Origin: Eledone cirrhosa
Lineage: Eukaryota
NCBI GenBank assembly: GCA_964016885.1
Contig: OZ024746.1
Coordinates: forward strand, 63,488,001-63,552,000
Direction of reading: 5' to 3'
DNA length: 64,000 bases
A program made the translations under genes and the position numbers. The notes beneath the pieces are model-generated. The model was not told the origin of the DNA, did not search any database, and saw only the letters and a program-made list of their open reading frames with translations. Below, piece by piece: positions 62,401 to 64,000 of the stretch (positions are counted from its first letter, which is position 1; each line of letters begins with the position of its first letter).

Positions 62401-63072
62401 TGATGACTCATAAGAGTCATGAGCAAAAGGATTTTGACAATAAAGCAAGTTGATTGTACAAGCTGTGCATATATCGAGCAATGGCATTAGCTGGAATGAA
62501 TTCCATACAGGGTGGACCACATAAAGGTTGCCATTTCCCACCCCAACAAAACTCTTCAGCTATACCAAAGATATGACAACTTGCTTAGTGTTGGTGCTAT
62601 GATAAAATGTACTTGCTAGAGCACATGGTTGTATATTGGGCCTTCAGTCCACCTTGAGGTCAAAATCTCTGCTCCAGTACTGACTGGTCAGTGATAACAT
62701 ATCCAACCCTTGCTAGCAGGGAATAACAGACATTAAACAATGATGATGATGAACGATAGTGGTTGTGATGTTGTTGTTGTTGTTGTGGGTGGTGTTGGTG
62801 GCGGAGGTTATGCTGCAGGAAATTGTGGTGATTATGATGGCAATGGTGGAGATGGTGGAGTTGGGTGGTCATAGTGATGATGATAAGTTTGGTTGGTGAT
62901 AATGATGAGAATGACAATGATGATTATGATGATGATGATGAAAGGAAAGTACTGAAAGATTACTTACCAGAGAGATAACAGCAGCTAAGTGGTCTTTGCT
63001 TACTGAATAATGTAAAGCTGTCCATCCTCGATGACCCTTTAAATTTGGGTCAACATCATATTCAAGTAAAGT
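19156..63072 (-). CDS. TRPA1: TRPA1-family ion channel, 3' partial gene, 24 exons (~1004 aa); N-terminal ankyrin exons beyond 64000
   Basis: Spliced translation is collinear with TRPA1: ankyrin repeats (GCTPLHYAA, YGRFNTCMRLL, GNTALHVAA), RWEEC..LPEVC..LDRC, IEFNFK, LLSHPVCENYLKMKW, S1-S6 (QWEAGALAIFFAWFNLLVFLQR; PIMLMNLLIGLAVG), LKRLTMQVELHADLE, coiled coil and acidic tail. 3015 nt, no stops or frameshifts. Confidence 0.95.
19979..20041 (+). ncRNA. Type I hammerhead ribozyme motif
   Basis: gugc-CUGAAGA-aagg[27 nt]ccuu-GAAA-cc-uuu-gg-UA-gcac. Confidence 0.72.
21280..21395 (-). CDS. TRPA1: TRPA1 exon (KIVNEDADAGQLDAKLASLGRSIAQNAYLYDEMHQQKKR)
   Basis: ttttag| ... AG|gtattt; start of coiled coil. 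Confidence 0.85.
21476..21893. mobile_element. piggyBac-type MITE
   Basis: TTAA-CCCTT...AAGGG-TTAA ends; relatives at ~7180-7407, 31616-32032, 37153-37381, 53682-53890. Confidence 0.65.
22132..22224 (-). CDS. TRPA1: TRPA1 exon (VELHADLESKLPRRFIQKVNKMVYRIYPNRL)
   Basis: ttacag| ... CTG|gtgggc (weak donor, so the 3' end is less certain); VELH..LE.KLP..YPN. Confidence 0.88.
22975..23962 (+). mobile_element. 5'-truncated RTE LINE (RT C-terminus + 3' tail)
   Basis: ORF 23248..23658 LHGSETW..LERNEACMLRWMC..RRLRWYGHVMRM..GRPKMTW; upstream FCYLGD; ends in (GAT)n. Confidence 0.9.
25110..26480 (-). mobile_element. Degenerate RTE LINE: RT fragments on - (25110-26060) and an inverted endonuclease fragment on + (~26080-26480)
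   Basis: Minus: GDCSNYREISLLSFPDKVY, FCFMDFKKA; plus: ILLGDFNKHIGTD..WKGVIG. Confidence 0.75.
27010..27078 (-). CDS. TRPA1: TRPA1 exon, S6 end/TRP-like helix (IGLAVGNIDAVIRDARLKRLTMQ)
   Basis: ttccag| ... CAG|gtaaat; IGLAVG gate motif. Confidence 0.96.
27492..27692. mobile_element. Tc1/pogo-type MITE
   Basis: tactgta..tatacttgaatataag / cttatattcgagtata ends; relatives at 35293-35650 (with nested SINE) and 41652-41875. Confidence 0.6.
27762..27956 (-). CDS. TRPA1: TRPA1 exon, pore and S6 (ESHAHRSPGLSILRVGMMILEPEFMDNF..FTPIMLMNLL)
   Basis: ttttag| ... CTG|gtaaat; PIxLMNLL. Confidence 0.95.
28035..28330 (-). mobile_element. RTE LINE 3' fragment
   Basis: EIYASLPHISVIVRKRRVRFSGHC..LVLWKP; (GAT)n tail. 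Confidence 0.7.
28430..28559 (-). CDS. TRPA1: TRPA1 exon, S4-S5 linker/S5 (IEIFGLHVVMCLEVLRTLIQAICIYSILFIAFGMGFYVIMAKE)
   Basis: ttttag| ... GAG|gtaaga. Confidence 0.95.
28902..29110 (+). mobile_element. tRNA-derived octopod-type SINE
   Basis: A/B boxes (ttgacagtatcggt, gagttcaaatccc) followed by aactttgcctttcatcc..aaagtaccag body; dozens of full and partial copies in the window. Confidence 0.8.
29108..29478. repeat. 38-bp minisatellite, ~10 copies
   Basis: Unit attattaactgtttgtacctgtatgctaactatataac; one more unit at ~28861-28901. Confidence 0.92.
29569..29738 (-). CDS. TRPA1: TRPA1 exon, S3-S4 (GKRYFREPINILEWILY..QWEAGALAIFFAWFNLLVFLQR)
   Basis: gtatag| ... AG|gtaaag; NxLEW and QW..GA motifs. 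Confidence 0.95.
30280..30369 (-). CDS. TRPA1: TRPA1 exon, S2 (LSIFHSITIWLITIFCIINLLKEIVQIIQQ)
   Basis: ttgcag| ... CAG|gtgagt; KExxQxxQQ calcium-site motif. Confidence 0.94.
30720..30822 (-). CDS. TRPA1: TRPA1 exon, S1-S2 loop (YALNKTKVPTISKADEKTKEEIDACSFKAMQTFE)
   Basis: tattag| ... GAG|gtaatt; phase 2/0 bridges neighbours; NKT sequon; low sequence conservation. Confidence 0.78.
33083..33680 (-). mobile_element. Tandem trimer of tRNA-derived SINE (~217-bp period)
   Basis: Three head-to-tail copies sharing the same spacer cttattatactacatataatataataatt. Confidence 0.82.
34452..34571 (-). CDS. TRPA1: TRPA1 exon, S1 (NAYGRWIYIFNLLLYIVFLGLLTNFVTTHDSMMHYDPDC)
   Basis: ttttag| ... AG|gtatca; hydrophobic S1 helix after W-x-AYG. 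Confidence 0.92.
34628..34882. repeat. ~49-bp tandem repeat, ~5 copies, derived from SINE/RTE tail
   Basis: Unit ccaccctgtaatggtggatgcactggtgccatggcaaaaaagcacccagt. Confidence 0.85.
35660..35730 (-). CDS. TRPA1: TRPA1 exon (MMAKLGREDLLSHPVCENYLKMKW)
   Basis: caacag| ... TG|gtaaat; pre-S1 LLxHPVC..LxMKW. Confidence 0.95.
35998..36138. repeat. (TATG)n-(TG)n microsatellite
   Basis: Directly visible. Confidence 0.95.
36288..36947. repeat. ~650-bp (GAA)n microsatellite with GGCAAA interruptions
   Basis: Directly visible; explains the poly-K/R/L/S/F pseudo-ORFs. Confidence 0.97.
36980..37075 (-). CDS. TRPA1: TRPA1 exon (IEFNFKHMQYPAMYHKKKPAQKETFGPLSCLA)
   Basis: ttcaag| ... GCT|gtaagt; equivalent to human IEYNFKYLQCP..YEPLTALN. 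Confidence 0.92.
38144..38756 (-). mobile_element. Helitron-like non-autonomous element
   Basis: Minus 3' end cccgtgcaacaccggg hairpin + taccactgCTAGT; 5' end TCtatatata; ~120-bp internal subrepeats. Confidence 0.6.
40030..40089 (-). CDS. TRPA1: TRPA1 exon (TVLDRCQTSSYHQPKSYHFY)
   Basis: ttctag| ... TAT|gtaagt; LDxC motif. Confidence 0.9.
40850..41380 (+). mobile_element. Degenerate RTE-like LINE RT C-terminal fragment
   Basis: LSVIIYGVEC..METFQNHIMR..LKLFG..MEG..KRNRGKPLRHWQDNV. Confidence 0.7.
41467..41551 (-). CDS. TRPA1: TRPA1 exon (WEECMELYSVLYGWPMIGLVRQLPEVCM)
   Basis: tttcag| ... ATG|gtgagc; coupling-domain linker. Confidence 0.93.
42660..42831. mobile_element. Tc1/mariner-pogo MITE
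   Basis: TA-ccatattt(t/c)ctggcg TIRs with TA target sites. Confidence 0.78.
44005..45392. repeat. 48-bp minisatellite, ~29 copies, amplified from a SINE/RTE-tail segment
   Basis: Unit gtggtcatgtaggtgtcatgacaaaaagcacccattccatactgtaaa; runs directly into a normal SINE tail at 45392-45560. Confidence 0.95.
45602..45768 (-). CDS. TRPA1: TRPA1 exon (DTPLHVTSAEGHAAMVNFLLTLGAKL..MVVVSHDR)
   Basis: ttctag| ... AG|gtaaaa; last ankyrin repeats. Confidence 0.94.
47789..47903 (-). CDS. TRPA1: TRPA1 exon (DNDGNTALHVAAKNGYTQTARLLLDIYPNILDSKNLNR)
   Basis: ttttag| ... AGA|gtaaga. Confidence 0.95.
48941..49105 (-). CDS. TRPA1: TRPA1 exon (YGRFNTCMRLLTSKDG..QTALHHASQNGHTKLVSLLLRKGAVIY)
   Basis: ctaaag| ... 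AA|gtaaat; YGRxNTC motif. Confidence 0.95.
50641..50804 (-). CDS. TRPA1: TRPA1 exon (HSKDLLNERDINGCTPLHYAAKMG..EQSPFHLASR)
   Basis: ttttag| ... AG|gtatgt. Confidence 0.95.
51100..51420 (-). mobile_element. CR1/Jockey-like LINE 3' fragment
   Basis: Minus translation LQPLVHRCDVSSLFLF..YY..C and FLTRTSPLWNLLP. Confidence 0.55.
52093..52143 (+). ncRNA. Degenerate hammerhead motif
   Basis: aguuu-CAGAAGA-uccc-guuaa-gggu-GAAA-gca[9]ugc-UU-aaacu; core U4->A. Confidence 0.5.
52359..52559 (-). CDS. TRPA1: TRPA1 exon (GAEINSVDSHGRTPLLLAVSKGHW..RNFLHLAIENG..LMK)
   Basis: ttgaag| ... AAG|gtaagg; TRPA1-typical RNFLHL. Confidence 0.95.
52849..53008. mobile_element. hAT MITE, 160 bp
   Basis: Perfect 15-bp TIRs cagggccgtcttaac / gttaagacggccctg; perfect 8-bp TSD gatggtgg. 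Confidence 0.92.
54046..54234 (-). CDS. TRPA1: TRPA1 exon (EDLSTPVHCASSQG..QMTPLHRAAQLNQGATAQFLLDQ)
   Basis: tttcag| ... CAG|gtatct; two ankyrin motifs. Confidence 0.94.
54265..54636. repeat. Degenerate (GAT/GGT)n microsatellite
   Basis: Directly visible; fills most of the intron between TRPA1 exons 54046-54234 and 54679-54726. Confidence 0.9.
54679..54726 (-). CDS. TRPA1: TRPA1 48-nt exon (RVLKFLQAGCPIDDLE)
   Basis: tttcag| ... GAG|gtaaat; fills the ankyrin helix equivalent to human MIKMCLDNGAQIDPVE. Confidence 0.85.
54962..55810 (+). mobile_element. Cluster/tandem array of tRNA-derived SINEs (4 copies)
   Basis: Repeated ggcagtatcggtagagggtcggacgccatgc..gagttcaaatcccg..gccttgtgcc..agtagaaacaatt. 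Confidence 0.82.
56453..56852 (+). mobile_element. Short 5'-truncated RTE copy, nearly identical to 23563-23962
   Basis: acccaatt(a/g)cacctctcaaagacaatgacacacg.. through (GAT)n; inserted in a (TA)n tract. Confidence 0.88.
57264..57500 (+). mobile_element. tRNA-headed SINE
   Basis: tggcctagtggtaagg A box, gggttcgattcc B box; reverse copy at ~35395-35630. Confidence 0.75.
58112..58147 (+). ncRNA. Degenerate minimal hammerhead motif (Penelope-like terminus)
   Basis: ucuu-CUGAUGA-aaaacuagagucc-GAAA-ug-UU-aaga; helix II partly mismatched; AACGUU palindrome decayed to AAUGUU. Confidence 0.5.
59812..59909 (-). CDS. TRPA1: TRPA1 exon (APIGLYTTCDIKNIVDSETNVNLRIAICNSDQK)
   Basis: ttgcag| ... AAG|gtaagt; phase 1/0 fits; degenerate ankyrin. 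Confidence 0.8.
61424..61532 (-). CDS. TRPA1: TRPA1 exon (IQSGADFSLPNDSDVTPVQLAAQQSAINTLEYLKKN)
   Basis: tttcag| ... |gtaaag; ankyrin repeat; phase 0/1. Confidence 0.9.
61800..62400 (-). mobile_element. Degenerate RTE LINE 3' fragment
   Basis: Minus fragments ISFWRLG, RWLLAFHPP..RQ, TWKTCR resemble the RTE ORF2 C-terminus. Confidence 0.45.
62968..63072 (-). CDS. TRPA1: TRPA1 exon (TLLEYDVDPNLKGHRGWTALHYSVSKDHLAAVISL)
   Basis: cag| ... |gtaagt; ankyrin repeat. Confidence 0.92.
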
Positions 63073-64000
63073 CTGAGAGAAAAGAAAACAGAAATCTGTA
63101 GAATTCTTTATTTTGATAATGTCCAATTGTTTTATGCTTCAAATTTATTCCAATGATTTTGTTATCTTTTTGTATGGGATAAGTTATTATGAGGAACATA
63201 AAGAACCTTTAAAAAAAACAACAGGTAGCAAAAACTGACTTGACAAGGACTCAATACTAGAAGTAGAGTGTAAATAATTTATTCAAGTGAAATGTGGGAG
63301 AACTATGACTACAAAGTTTCACTATCAGCAGCAGCAGCAGCAGCAACAACAACAACAACATCACCATCAGCAGCAACATCACCAGCAGCAACAACAGCAA
63401 CATCACCAGCAGCAACATCAGCAGTAGCATGTCAGACTGTCTGATGGGCTTTTCCTAGTGTAACCTTGTTGTCACAGCAGCATCACATATCACTTGAATA
63501 AATTATGTATAAACCACCAAACAGAAGGATTTGCAGAATTATTAGAACATCAGACATTATGGTATTTGTTCTGGTTCTTTACATTCTCAGATCTAATCCT
63601 GCTAAGGTCAACTTTGCATTTCATCCTTCAGGGGTTGATAAAATAAAATACCAATCAATTACTGGAGTTGATATAATCAATTTTTCCCTCCCCTCAGATT
63701 GCTGACTTGAACTGCATAAATCAGAAACAATTCTTACAAGTAAATGAAAAAATGAAAATTTTAACATTATAAACTACTAATGAGTATTTGTGTATTTCAC
63801 ATGAGTGATATATATATAATAAGGCACATAACTTAGTGGTTAGAACATTGGTCTTGCAATCGAAAGGTTGTGAGTTCAATTCTCAGACCGGGTGATGTGT
63901 TGTGTCCTTGAGCAAGACACTTTATTTTTTCACATTGCTCCAGTTTACTCAGCTGTAGAAATGAGATGATAGGGACTGGGGTCCATATCATTCCACTGCA

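Overview
AT-rich, repeat-dense eukaryotic DNA. The SINE/LINE/microsatellite content and gene architecture point to a coleoid cephalopod, probably Octopus (inferred). Two intron-rich genes converge tail-to-tail. (1) The 3' part of a ubiquilin gene lies on + (8 exons, 1737..12129, ~405 aa, STI1 repeats + Thr/Ser-rich insert + UBA). (2) The 3' part of a TRPA1-family channel lies on - (24 exons, 63072..19156, ~1004 aa, ankyrin repeats + 6TM + TRP-like helix + coiled coil). All exons were hand-assembled with GT-AG sites and consistent phases; both 5' ends are outside the window. The introns hold RTE and CR1-like LINE fragments, tRNA-derived SINEs, hAT/pogo/piggyBac-type MITEs, Helitron-like elements, minisatellites and a ~650 bp GAA tract. 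Highlights: (a) several type I hammerhead-ribozyme motifs of the Penelope-like kind, two with complete cores, both antisense to their host gene; (b) a TRPA1 paralog lacking the equivalents of the electrophile-sensing C621/C665 and with a one-residue-shorter, Gly-less selectivity filter; (c) two genomic substitutions in the S6/TRP exon that A-to-I editing would revert to consensus; (d) many long perfect hairpins and palindromes in TRPA1 introns. No CRISPR, rRNA or genuine tRNA genes were found.
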